Source: Dicyema japonicum (taxonomy: Eukaryota; Animalia; Dicyemida). From it: 64,000 nucleotides of DNA. Under the pieces are notes generated by a model, which made no database searches, was not told the DNA's origin, and saw only the letters and a list, made by a program, of their open reading frames with translations. Positions 1 through 11,359 of the stretch are shown one piece after another (position 1 is the first letter of the stretch; the number at the start of each line of letters is the position of its first letter). The stretch lies in contig RDEW01000035.1 of NCBI GenBank assembly GCA_011109175.1, positions 124,001-188,000 on the forward strand, written 5' to 3'. The position numbers and the translations under genes were made by a program.

Positions 1-239
1 GAAACATACTTCAACCAATCTGAAATTCTTTAATGATTCTGTAATTTTACAAAGCTTAGTAATGTTAATAATAACATCATAACAGTCATCATTTGAGAAT
101 ACTTTCACCTTTATTGTTCTCCCTGGTAATTGCACTGATATTACTTCATAAGATCCCATTACTGATTCAATTTATTATTTTATTTTATTTTTTTAAATCC
201 TTTTTGAATTTTAATATTATTATTATTAAATATCTTTTA

Positions 240-800
240 ATCCAACGACTAGAAAGTCGAAAGGAGTTGGATACTCTCCTGACATTCGGCCAACATGTCA
301 ATGACGTTATTACCAAAGTCAGGAAGAGGACCAACATATTGAAAATTTTGTCCCGATCACCAATCGGGCACAACACCTTCTTACTACAGAAAATTTACAG
401 ACAATACATACTGCCAGTAATCGAATATGCATGTCCCTCCTGGAGCTCGATGATTTCTAAATCGTCGTCTCAAAAATTAGAAGCCGCACAACTTGCTGCC
501 TTGAAAATAATAAATAAGAAAACTGTGGATAACGTATTGAATGTTAAGAACACCTAAGATAGAGAGTGAAGTCATTTCTACAGTGGGCAATAAAAACCGG
601 CTGTCCGCTTTCACTCTCTATATCTGACTATCTAGAAAATGCGGGAAATCTATGGAGAATGAGACCGTCCTCGTTTCTACCAATTCTGTTGGATCTTCGA
701 GGACCCCGAACGAGAGCCTGAACATGGAAAACCGGGATCACTTAGTTAGTAGTTAACTTTTAACTTTTCTAATCCGGTGATCTTGGGGTAAAAAAAAAAG
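240..800 (+). mobile_element. 3' part of APE-RT LINE (I/Jockey group)
   Basis: ORF 93..557 C-terminal LINE motifs (KIYRQYILPVIEYACPSWS); ends with GGGATCAC..GGTGATCTTGGGGT(A)n. Confidence 0.8.
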
Positions 801-817
801 TCGAAAGGACAAGATTT

Positions 818-832
818 ATATTTATAATTTAG
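818..832 (+). repeat. 15-bp target site duplication ATATTTATAATTTAG (partner 3948-3962)
   Basis: Identical 15-mers flank the 833-3947 insertion. Confidence 0.85.
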
Positions 833-843
833 GGTTAGGGTTA
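829..843 (+). repeat. Short interstitial telomere-type repeat TTAGGGTTAGGGTTA
   Basis: 2.5 perfect TTAGGG units at an insertion junction. Confidence 0.7.
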
Positions 844-1047
844 TGTCCTCTGATGGGGTTTGGGGGAGTTAAATCCTTCCGCAATGAATTGTGTGAGGGT
901 TGTAAGGTGTGTTGTTGTCGAATGGTTATCCCGGAATCCGTGCTGGGTCGGAGGTATTGAGATTGAGTCTTGTATTTTTTCCAAAATAAGCCTTTCAAGG
1001 ATCCTTGAGACCGGACTTAGAATAGATATTGGGCGATAGGAAGATGG
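844..1047 (-). mobile_element. Inverted copy of LINE RT segment 2701-2903
   Basis: Reverse complement is near-identical to 2701-2903. Confidence 0.9.
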
Positions 1048-3947
1048 TTCTGCATATCAGTATTGCTTATTTTGTATCTAAATTAGCCAAGTCTCTGCTA
1101 TTTTCGGAAATCTCTTGTGGCTCGCCGACGACGTGCAGCATTTGAAAAAAAGAAACACACTTTCCCCTATCTTCACGGGTGGACCAATAAGGAAGGCCTG
1201 CGCCGCTGCGGAGACGTTGAGACAAACCCTGGACCAGCCAGAATAGTCCAACTGAACATAAATGGAATCAATAACAAAATATTTGAACTTCGGTCATTTG
1301 TGAAAGAAAATCACATTGATCTGTTGCTAATTTAAGAGTCTAAACTTTCTCCAAAGAGTTCAACACCAGTATTTCCGGGATTCACAGTAATTCGCCGTGA
1401 CAGAATTGGCAAACTTGGTGGGGGTCTTCTCACAGTTATCCGCAACGGCATTCCGTTTGAGGACTTAACCAACAGTGCTTACACTATGCTTAAAGGATAT
1501 GGAAATCTCGAACTTTTGGTTACCAAAATACGATTCCCAAGACTATCAATAATAATTGTCAACGCATATCTCCCACTGCTGAGTTCCTGCTCGTCCAGTG
1601 CCCCCAGACTCACTCCTCTCGCATCACTAAAGGATGTTATTATCTATGGTGACTTCAATGCGAAGCACCTACTGTGGCTGACAGAACAAACCTACGACAA
1701 AAGAGGGAAGATCATAATTGAGGACCACCACAGCCTATGTATACTTAACGATCCTGTATCTCATACAAGAACACCTACTCGACGTAATGATAAACCTTCT
1801 TCTATCAACATCTCATTGTCATCACCGTCCTTGGCCCCACTTATTGATTGGTCAGTGAAGTATGACACCAGGAGTGATCACAACCCAATATTTTTGGAGG
1901 TCAAAACAAGGTCACGGATAAAAGGACAACAATGCCCAACAATAATTAACTACAGCCTTGCGAATTGGAAAGGATTCAAGGAATACGTCGATAATTGTAT
2001 TGGACTATTAAATTTCCTCACTTTTCCCTCCGTTGAACAATTAGTGAAATGGTTCAACTCCATTATAAACGATGCGAAAAAGAAGTACATTCCTATGGGG
2101 AGACAACTAACGTCATCAAAACGTTTCAACACAACGACGAAACATCTGATCAGAGAACGAAATAATCTAAAGATGGTAAAATCGCCAACAGAAGAGAACA
2201 TCAGGAAAATACGAGAGTTGAACACAGAGATCGACAACAACATAAAGACAGAAAATGCCAATAGATGGACGAGACTATCGAAGGCTCTCTACAAAAACCC
2301 CCCAATGCAGAGAGTGTGGAAGTGGATCAAAAACATCAAAAGATCCTACCCAGAGAGAAAAGTCGAAGTCTACATAAAACCAGACACTTTGATAAAATAT
2401 TACACATCTATACCCTACAGGAAGTTTTCAAAAGAACACCAAGTATTCCTGAAAAAGATTGAATCGAAACGCTCCGATGACTGGATCCTATTTACTAGTC
2501 AGGATGTTCGCAGAGGCCAACAACTCAGAGGCCAAAGACCAGATAACATAACCACATGTGAACTGAAGCACCTAGGCCATCGAGCCCTGGAACTATTAGC
2601 CTATATCTTCAACCTATCCATTAACACAAATACAATCCCTGAAATATGGAAAAAGTCTCTAATCAGACCTATCCAAAAACCCAACAAACCAATAGATTAA
2701 CCATCTTTTATCGCCCAATATCTATTCTAAGTCCGGTCTCAAGGATCCTTGAAAGGCTTGTTTTGGAAAAAATACAAGACTCAATCTCAATACCTCCGAC
2801 CCAGCACAGATTCCGGGATAACCATTCGACAACAACACACCTTACAACCCACACACAATTCATTGCGGAAGGATTTAACTCCCCCAAACCCCATCAGAGG
2901 ACAGTACTTATATCCGTGGTCTTCACAAAAGCGTTCGACTCAGTCCCTAGGAAACTCCTAACAAAGAAAATATACGAAACCAACATCCATCCGAACCTAA
3001 AACTTTGGCTTGGAAACTTCCTAAATGGAAGACGAGCACAAGTACTCTGCAACAACGTCAAATCAAGATCTCGCTATTTCCCAAATGGAGTCCCTCAAGG
3101 CTCCCCACTATCACCCCAACTCTTCAATCTCTACATAAACGACATGCCACAAACCTGTAATGAAAACTGTCTAATCCTCTTCTATGCCGACGATTCATTC
3201 TTGCCTCCAAGAACAGAAGCATTCAATCATCGACTCAGTTGGCTCAACAATTGCTCGACAACCTGGAACTATGGCTCTCGAGCGGAGACTCGACACATCA
3301 GCAGCAAAGTCCTTTGTCACACTGTTTACCACCTACAAGAGACAGCTCTGTATCGAACCAAAAGTCTTTATGAAGAACGAAGTATCTCTATTAACAAAAC
3401 ACCGAAGATTCTGGGAGTATCCTTTGATCAGGGACTCACCTTTATCCGGCATGTTGAAAACAAAGTAACTTCTACGCTGAAAAAAATGAGAATTTTAAAA
3501 GTGCTCTCAAAAACACTTAGAGACCAAACTGGTGTCTTTGCCACGATTTACAAACAATTTATCCGACCAACGATGACGTATGCAAGTCCTTCATGGGCAA
3601 TGCAAATGTCACGATCTTCCTCATTGAAATTATTGGCAATCGAGGAGACTGCAATAAAGTTAATTGGACCAGATCACAATATCCAACCCATTGAAAACTT
3701 TTTAATCGAACTACAACGGAAACTATTAAAGGAGGCTATTCTACCGAGCTGCCCTCTATTCCAAATACTATCGAATTATCTACAATCATACAGAAATTTT
3801 GAGCCGATGCCATGTCCAATGAAAAGAGTTGTTCAGGATTCTCGACCCCGCCGGACTTGTCCTCACCTTTGTCGGTCTGGGCTCACTTAGTTAGATGAGA
3901 ATTTTTATTTCTTTCTCTTTGACCCAGTGATCCTGGGGGTAATAATA
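1048..3947 (+). mobile_element. Near full-length APE-RT LINE (family 1), degenerate, with 2A-like peptide
   Basis: GDVETNPGP then QLNINGI..GDFNAKH..SDH endonuclease; RT PQGSPLSPQLFNLYIND, YADD; (TAA)n tail. Confidence 0.92.
1210..1236 (+). other. 2A/StopGo motif GDVETNPGP
   Basis: Perfect D(V/I)ExNPGP consensus immediately before the APE domain. Confidence 0.85.
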
Positions 3948-3958
3948 ATATTTATAAT

Positions 3959-4043
3959 TTAGCGTGGCGTCATGTGGCTCACCGGATGCAACAATTCTGG
4001 AGGCGCTCAAAATACTCCTAAAGCATTTCCAAAAAGAGCCATT
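3959..4043 (+). ncRNA. Candidate structured 5' RNA element (pseudoknot), copy A; others at 7302-7375(-), 11665-11757(+), 50563-50630(-)
   Basis: Manual fold with compensatory changes across four copies. Confidence 0.6.
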
Positions 4044-6045
4044 AGCTCTCTTCCACCGGAGGTACATGTCTTCTCCGGTAATGGATAACTGGTCTGGCTA
4101 CAACTTCTCAGATTCGCAACCTACACAAGTCAAAGGACCGGATCTCAGTTATACAACTGAATGTGAACGGAATAAAAGGAAAAATTATTGAACTTAGAGC
4201 TCTGATTGTTAAACTTAAAGCTGACATCGTGCTCATCCAATAGTATCTTTTTGCTATCAGCAAAAGATACTACGCCCCTCTTTCCCGGATACAACATAAT
4301 GCGTGCCGATCGCACTAAGAAACGTGGAGGAGGACTACTTACATTACTCAGAAAAGGCATAAAGTATGAGGACCATACACTCGAAGCGAAGAAACTTTTG
4401 GGAAGTGATGAAACCACGGAGACAATCGGAATATCTGTTCGCACAACAAAAGGAAGACTATATTTTGTAAACATGTATATTCCGCCTCCGAGCTCATGTC
4501 CGAAACATTACATTATGCCGGACTTATCAGCACTGGAAATTTGGAACGAAGTTGTGATATGCGGCGATGTGAATGCCAAACCCTCTCTGACTGTTAAATT
4601 AGTCTGCAGATACAAGAGGAAATTTGCTGTTTACGCAGTCTGGCAATCTGACAATCATCAATGACCCATCAAAAAACACAAGAACACCTCAAAGGAACTC
4701 TGACAATCCTACCTCCCCAGATATCACACTCTGTTCACCACAGCTTTCAACAACGATTAATTGGTCCGTTATCTAAGACAACCGTAGTGATCATGACCCT
4801 ATTCTGCTAAAAATCAAAAGCGAAACTACCAATGGAAAGAAGAAACCTGCATATATATATATATACAATCGTGCAAATTGGCAATTATTCCGATCAGTTA
4901 CGGACCAACATTTGGCTAATATACAGCTGGAAAACTTTACCTCCCTTGATATAGTCGTTGCCTACGTCAACAAAGTCATCCTGGAAGCAAGAACAATGGC
5001 TGTCCCTAAAAGATATGTCGTTTACACGAGAGAGTACGAAAGGAAGGCTTTGGTCAAGGAACGAAACCGTCACAAAAAATCAGGGATCCGTTCCTCCGAA
5101 GCAAGGATCCGTCTAAAAGTGCTGAACGAGGGAACAAAAGCCAATGAATTCAAAATAACATTGAAAATCTACCAATCAGATATCCCTGAAAACCTCAAAC
5201 GCTGGCTGAGAAACTTCCTTAGCGGACGGAGAGGTAGAGTGTACATTGGAAACATTCATTCTGTCTCCTGTTACCCCAGGGTTCTCCGCTATCACCATTC
5301 CTATTCAACCCATATACAGCTGACATTCCGACGCCGAATGGAGAAGACGACCTGCTTCTGGCTTATGCAGACGATATCGTCCTAGCCTCACGGGATCAGA
5401 ACACCCAAACAGCGACGGAAACAACACCACATAGATCGACTACTTAAGTGGTTTAATGAAAATCGGATGTCAATCAATACCGAAAAATCTGTTACAACTC
5501 TATACCTTGGACAAAAGATTGTCGAACAGGACAATAGAAGTTACTGCGGAAAGAAGAGCATTGCCGTTCAGCAAATGGCAAAAAATATTGGGTCTGATTT
5601 TCGATAAACACATGAACTTTACGAGACACGTCACTAACGTGCTAAACAAATGCGAGAAGAAAATCAACCTTCTGAAATGCATAACAGGTCTATGGAAAAT
5701 TGGACATCACCCTATACTTAAAACTCTCTACTCACAGTACATCGAACCATGCATTTCATATACGTGTACTTCATGGGGTTCACTGATCTCTTATACGAAC
5801 ATCCAGAAAATCTCTGCAACCCAGAAAAAAGCCTTCAAACTAACCGAGAGATGGTATACAGGGGAAAACATTAAATCACCGACACACATGGAGAAACTAA
5901 TCGAAAAAAAACAAAAATGGACACCAATTCCAGCAACGAACTTGTGTAAGCTCAAGGGATCAACACCGAGCAAAGATGAGAGCCTTGATCCAATTCGTCG
6001 GGATCACAGTTTAGTTTTTTCGGTTTAACAGTGGTCTTTGGAATT
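3959..6045 (+). mobile_element. APE-RT LINE copy A, internally deleted
   Basis: QLNVNG endonuclease (4206..4664), RT pieces (4912..5385, 5456..6028), 3' stem-loop. Confidence 0.85.
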
Positions 6046-6059
6046 AATTTTAATTTGAA

Positions 6060-7090
6060 TTTTTACGGATGCGTGTCCTTCTGGCTGAACGACATCGGAT
6101 TTGAAAGTTGTGGGTTTGAGTCTGAAAGATGGAGTTTTCAGCGAGAGTCAATTCTTGTCAAACAGATCCCACTCGTTAGGCGTAAATTATTCCGCTGAAA
6201 AATGAAGTGATGTTTGCGATGGTACGACTTGCGATGAAAATGGAAGAAGGACCTACTTATCTACCTCTCTTCAGAATCGGAAGTTTTTAATAGAATATCG
6301 AAAATAGAGAAGAAGCAGAAAACTCAGTGCCGACCAGAAACACATTTCAAGAGTACTCATTGCAGACTATAGTCCCAATTTCTCTAAGTAAATTATCGAA
6401 AAGATTCATACAAGAAACCGATTCAAAAAATCAAAAATTTATACGGCCAAACAATCAAACCTTAATAGTGAAATTACAGTGGAATATAATCAACAAGAGG
6501 AAATTGGACCGATGAACAATTTCATCACCAAAATTAACCACCGAACAAAACTAAAGGATTTTTTGGATACTTTACGTGGAATTCAGTCGAAACAAATTAG
6601 AACGGAGACAACCTACGCCACTAGAATTGACAGGAATCAAACACCAAGTGATTTCACTCATCAGCAGATGTCATAATGGACCACTACGCAAAAGTGAGTC
6701 ACATCGATATGAACAAATGATCCCGTCAATGAAAATTGAAAAACGTTCAAACTCCTCAAGGAAAACCAATTGATGTCGAAAAACTCATCAAAAACGCCAA
6801 AAACTCTTCTGCCAAAGGGCTCCATGGAATCCAAAGAGTTCCATGAAAACACCAGGGAATCCTGGGACTCAAAGAAATAACAACGATAATTTCTGTTTCA
6901 CTATTATCTGTAGTATCGAAAATTGTTGAACGTGTTGTATCAAAACTAATATCAGAGTATCTACCCTTCCCAGATTTTCAACATGGCTTTCGTCCACAGT
7001 ACTCCACACCAACACATCTCTATACACTAACTCAATATATCGCTGATGGTTTCAACAATCCTCCCAAACAGACTTCCTTTCATCGACTTA
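6060..7090. mobile_element. Heavily degenerate LINE fragments, both strands
   Basis: 6100-6290 resembles 51690-51840; RT-like 6900-7090 (QHGFRPQYSTPTHL). Confidence 0.55.
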
Positions 7091-7375
7091 CCTAGCCAAG
7101 GCGTTTGATCGAACATCAAGGCAGGTTCTAAGTAACAAAATATTACCTGTGACTTCATTAATGCTTAGACTCAGTAAATTCAGAAAAGTTCTGTGTCCAG
7201 GATTCTGTTTAACATCTCCAAAAGTGACAAGTCGCACCAGAAAAATGCTCGACGTGTAGGCAGTGCATTTTAGGATGAACTCTTCTGGATGGTTGCTCAT
7301 TAATGATTCTTTTAGATACAATTTAGGATTGTTTATAACGCCACCAGAGATGGTGAACTACATTACGGACGCTAA
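7090..7375 (-). mobile_element. 5' end of LINE copy C with degenerate 2A
   Basis: TTAGCGT 5' motif, GDVKQNPGH, start of endonuclease-like LNLLSLSINEV. Confidence 0.7.
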
Positions 7376-7522
7376 AATTTTTATCGTAACATTTTATAAA
7401 TAATTTTCAATCGCTTTAATAAAATAATTTCTAAAATAAAATAATATTTTTTAACTTTTTAAAAAATTTCAATTAATAATATAAATTAATGTCACGTTTA
7501 ATATTTTTTGTTAATTCTCGTT

Positions 7523-8830
7523 ATGCATAAACTGAGTTTGCATTATTTATCAAAGATAGAACATAATGAAGAGAATAAAATTTCGTTTAATTCTGATTAC
7601 GACGATGAAAGGTTTTAGTTGTTCTGGATTTAAATTTTATGATCATTAGTTTTGATATTTTACTTTAGTGTTTGTTCCGGAATTGAAAGAGTGAAGGAAT
7701 TAGAGATGACAACTTCTGAACGTTTAATATAATATTTATTATTAGCGAAAAGGGTTTCCCAGTTCATTTCTCATAATGATTTTCAATTAGAAAATGATTC
7801 TACTAAATCAACTTTATCTCAATTTGGTTTGAATTATATATATCTAACTCTATTGTAGAAATATATGATGTTCTAATAAAATCCAGAATCAAACTTCACC
7901 AAATAATTATTTTGGCTAATTCATTACCACATACTCTACAGTATGATTACATTATTAAAAAAGTAAATCAAGACGTTACTAATAATATTGACTTTGTAAT
8001 TTCTATTTAATCAAATATTTAGTGCAGACTCTGTTGAATCATCGATAAGTACTTCTTCAGATATTGCTGATTTTCTATCAAAGTTTGTTAGCGAAAAAAG
8101 AATGTAAATTTTGTTTTGTATTTAATTCTAGTGATAATGAAATGTCCAAAAATCCTGATAACACATATAAGATTATGACGGATTATCGGTTCATTTAATG
8201 ATTTGATGTAGTTCTTTAATATTACAAGATTGGTTTGATAAAACAAGATTATCAGTCACTAAAATGAAGAAAAATGATTTTTCTATTTTTGAAAAGTCGC
8301 CAGTTGTACAGATAGAACAAGTTGTATTTTAATACACGAATATAGATCATGTCCGATCCTGATCGCTTGATAAAAAGAACTCAAATGAATCGCTTAAAAA
8401 TTTTTTCTATTGGGAGCGCTGAAAGAAATATTAAGATTAGTGATGTTCGAGATTTGAAACAAGACGGAACTCTGTATCATTTCGATAATGAAATTTTTGA
8501 CGAATCGGATTTTTATCAAAGTCAACTTAGTGATTTTATTAAACAAAAAAGCAATTCTAAACAAACTGATCGGTCATTTTTTTGTGATCGTAGAAAATCT
8601 CTCCAGTCTCAAACTCATTTTAAAATGGACCGCCCTGTTGACTTAAGAGCTACTAAGTCTAGAAAAATAAAGTTATTTTTATTTAACTGTTAGATACAAT
8701 GTCATTAAGAAACTTGCTGGATTCTGCACTCCTGTTGATACTAGCATATGGATTGATGAATCAATGTATTTTATTTTAGTAGTTTTATAGGAATGAACTT
8801 TTTGATTCTTTGTTTGGTAAAATTTATTAA
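7523..8830 (+). CDS. AATF: AATF/BFR2 (SSU processome factor), multi-exon
   Basis: IYDVLIKSRIKLHQ, LQDWFDKTRL, DNEIFDESDFYQ, VDLRATKSRKIKYNV, NELFDSLFG after splicing introns 7722-7745, 7827-7858, 7996-8022, 8104-8131, 8189-8211, 8321-8345, 8672-8693, 8766-8790. Start codon and one frame junction near 8000 are unresolved. Confidence 0.88.
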
Positions 8831-9678
8831 ATTTGTTGTTTCTACAAATTTTTTTGTATTTAAATCAATCTTAAAATGAAAATGTGATATATTTAATTTT
8901 CATGACTCGTTTATTATATCATGAACTGGTTTATGGTTTCCATGCAACAATTACTCAATAATAATTATTGGACTTTCATTCAACAAAATGTAATCACAGA
9001 TGTACCAAACTCGAAAATATCTTTTCCACTAGCTTCTTCCAAATCTTCAACATTAGGTCATACCTCCAAGCATATTAATTTTGTCTAGTTTTTAGATATT
9101 TTAGACTGTTTCATGCTTTGTAATGAGGTAGCTTTTTAGTTATCTTGACCAAACTGATACCAATTGGCAATTTTAGTTATCTTCTATGAAATACTTCAGG
9201 AGTTGGTTAGTTAGTTCAGATTCTGAAGCAGTTCAGATCATTGAATGCGAATGCATTTAAAAAACACCGGCTAAAGAAGCAAACAAAAAAATGTTGTATT
9301 CGCGACAGCCTTTACTATCTAAAACGAGGATCTGTTATTATGTCGACTAATAAATTACAATTTGTAATGTTACTTGTAGAAAATATCCATTTAAAAAAAT
9401 AAATCTCAGAAAGTTTTTGACCTTTTGTGTGTAACAATTGTTTTCCTCTATGAATTCGACCGTGCAGTGGCTGCGATTTCTACTTACTCCGGGATGTCTC
9501 GGTCATCCGACTCGAAAACGCAATTTTTCTTGGCTCTCTATATACTACAGTAATTTGTCAATTTTCCTGGAGGAAAAATGCATCCTTTCAACATTTCACA
9601 TCAAATTTAAAAACCCTGGAGTCCCAACGTCTTTATTCTTCCTCAGGAATTTTAACCTTACGCCCCCTTCTTTTTTCT

Positions 9679-9792
9679 ACGGACAGCCATGTTTCACGGA
9701 CATAAACTTCTTAAGAGTCATCAACGATACTCTTCTCTTCAACGGACAGTCCCATGTTTCACGGACATTAACTTTTTAAGAGTCATCGACGA
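9679..9792 (+). repeat. Two-copy tandem duplication, ~63 bp period
   Basis: acggacag..ccatgtttcacggacat..ttaagagtcatc.acga twice. Confidence 0.8.
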
Positions 9793-10085
9793 GCAGCTAA
9801 GGACTGCCGTTGAAGAAAACACTCAACATTTCTTCTGATGAAACTGGTTGGATCAAATGCAAACTACCGCTTCGCTTCGGAGAAATCGGAATACGATCAC
9901 CACCAGAACTCGGCATTTCTATCTTCGTCATATGCTTCCAGTGGTCTTAAAAACCAGATCCTACGCTACATTAACGAATCGGATGCTGAACCAGTGGCAT
10001 GCTCCGGATTTCCTGTCCAATTAAAACCTCTTGGATTTGCCCCTGCCAACCGAAGACCGGACGGAACTACTTTCTTCCTATCGTT
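9793..10085 (+). mobile_element. CRE-type REL retrotransposon remnant
   Basis: GWIKCKLPLRFGEIGIRSP and ANRRPDGTT resemble the element at 21593..22837. Confidence 0.65.
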
Positions 10086-10860
10086 TGAGCGCATTTCCTT
10101 TAAGTCAGGGGAAATGTGTTCTCAATTGAGGGCAGCAAGTAGTTTGAAATGTTTGCTAAGTCATTTCAGTCTAGGCCATTTCTACACGCGAAGAAAATAT
10201 TGTATTTCTTGTTTTGTCAATGACTGGGAGTGCAATGGAAAAAGTGATGTGCGATAAATGTGTTTTATTCAAAGAATTACTTAATCGATTGTGTCTCCCT
10301 GAACGTCATATTTCTTTGTTTCGCAGCTTTTACATTCAGATAATTTCTTATAAAGTTAAAAAACATACCTTTATTTCTCTCCCCTGAGACAACTTTTTTG
10401 TATTAACTTTTTTTTTCATTAGGCAGCCGAGCACACTTGTAATATCTCTTCGACGACATCTCTTGGAATCAGACCACACTTTCCGTTAGATTTGGTGGCC
10501 TTTGAAATTCGTTCTTCTCTAATCTAGAGGATTCTGCACTCCTTTCATTGATTTCTTTGACCTGGACGTTTGTAGCCTACAGGAGATCTAGATTAGTACA
10601 TATTCATTCTTCCATTTCCAATTCGAAGAGAGTCTGGACAAGAAATCTGCTTACAAGAAATCTTTCAAAAAGCTGATGGAGTCCTTGAACCAACACCACT
10701 CTGCTTGTCTGTTGCCGGAGCGTCTCCTGAAAGTGGTCTGGCTCAACGCCATTTCAAGTGAAATATTATGAGTTTTTCTGGAGAGACTTAGTTAGAGTTG
10801 TGAGTCTCACTTTGTTTAATCGTTTATTCCTGTAAATAAGGTATTAATTATCATATAATG

Positions 10861-11359
10861 TTAAATATCGAATTTATTCCTACGTTCATATTCATCTATT
10901 GATTTTTTATGCTTCATTCTTCTGTTCTGGAACCAGATTTTAACTTGTTTGTCCGTAAGATTAACATCTTTTGAAATTTCATATATCCTTTCTTTAGAAG
11001 GATATTTATTTGTAAAATATTCTTTTTCCATTTCCAATACTTGTTCATGTTTATGACAAGTTCTTGAAGAATATGCATTAGCTAATTTCATGAATTATAC
11101 GCTTTTACAATTTATTTTTTGAGTCATCCATGGATAGATTTCTGTTTGATTTTGATAAATTTGTTCACTGATTTTAGTGAATTCAGTTGAATTTTCAATT
11201 AGAGACGTCAGATTTGGTGGAAATGAATGCGGGTCTATATTTTTTTTATTTTTAGTTTGAAAGGAAGTATCTTTTGTTTGCTTCTAGAATAAAAAAAGTT
11301 TATTTTGTAAACCTTTTCAGAGTTTTTAAAATATTTTTTCTAAACGACCCGTCTTGCAT
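10861..11359 (-). CDS. Divergent Hox-class homeobox gene with YPWM hexapeptide
   Basis: EIYPWM, a 27-nt intron (11082-11108), then in-frame homeodomain ..[25 protein letters not shown]; intron 11284-11312; exon 1 needs one extra A in a homopolymer. Confidence 0.9.

Noticed and set aside
1950-2261. Antisense ORFs over LINEs (also 4145..4474, 13423..13890, 24461..24904)
   Set aside because: Shadow ORFs of retrotransposon coding strands
8870-9420. Gene downstream of AATF
   Set aside because: Stops in all frames and no recognisable motif
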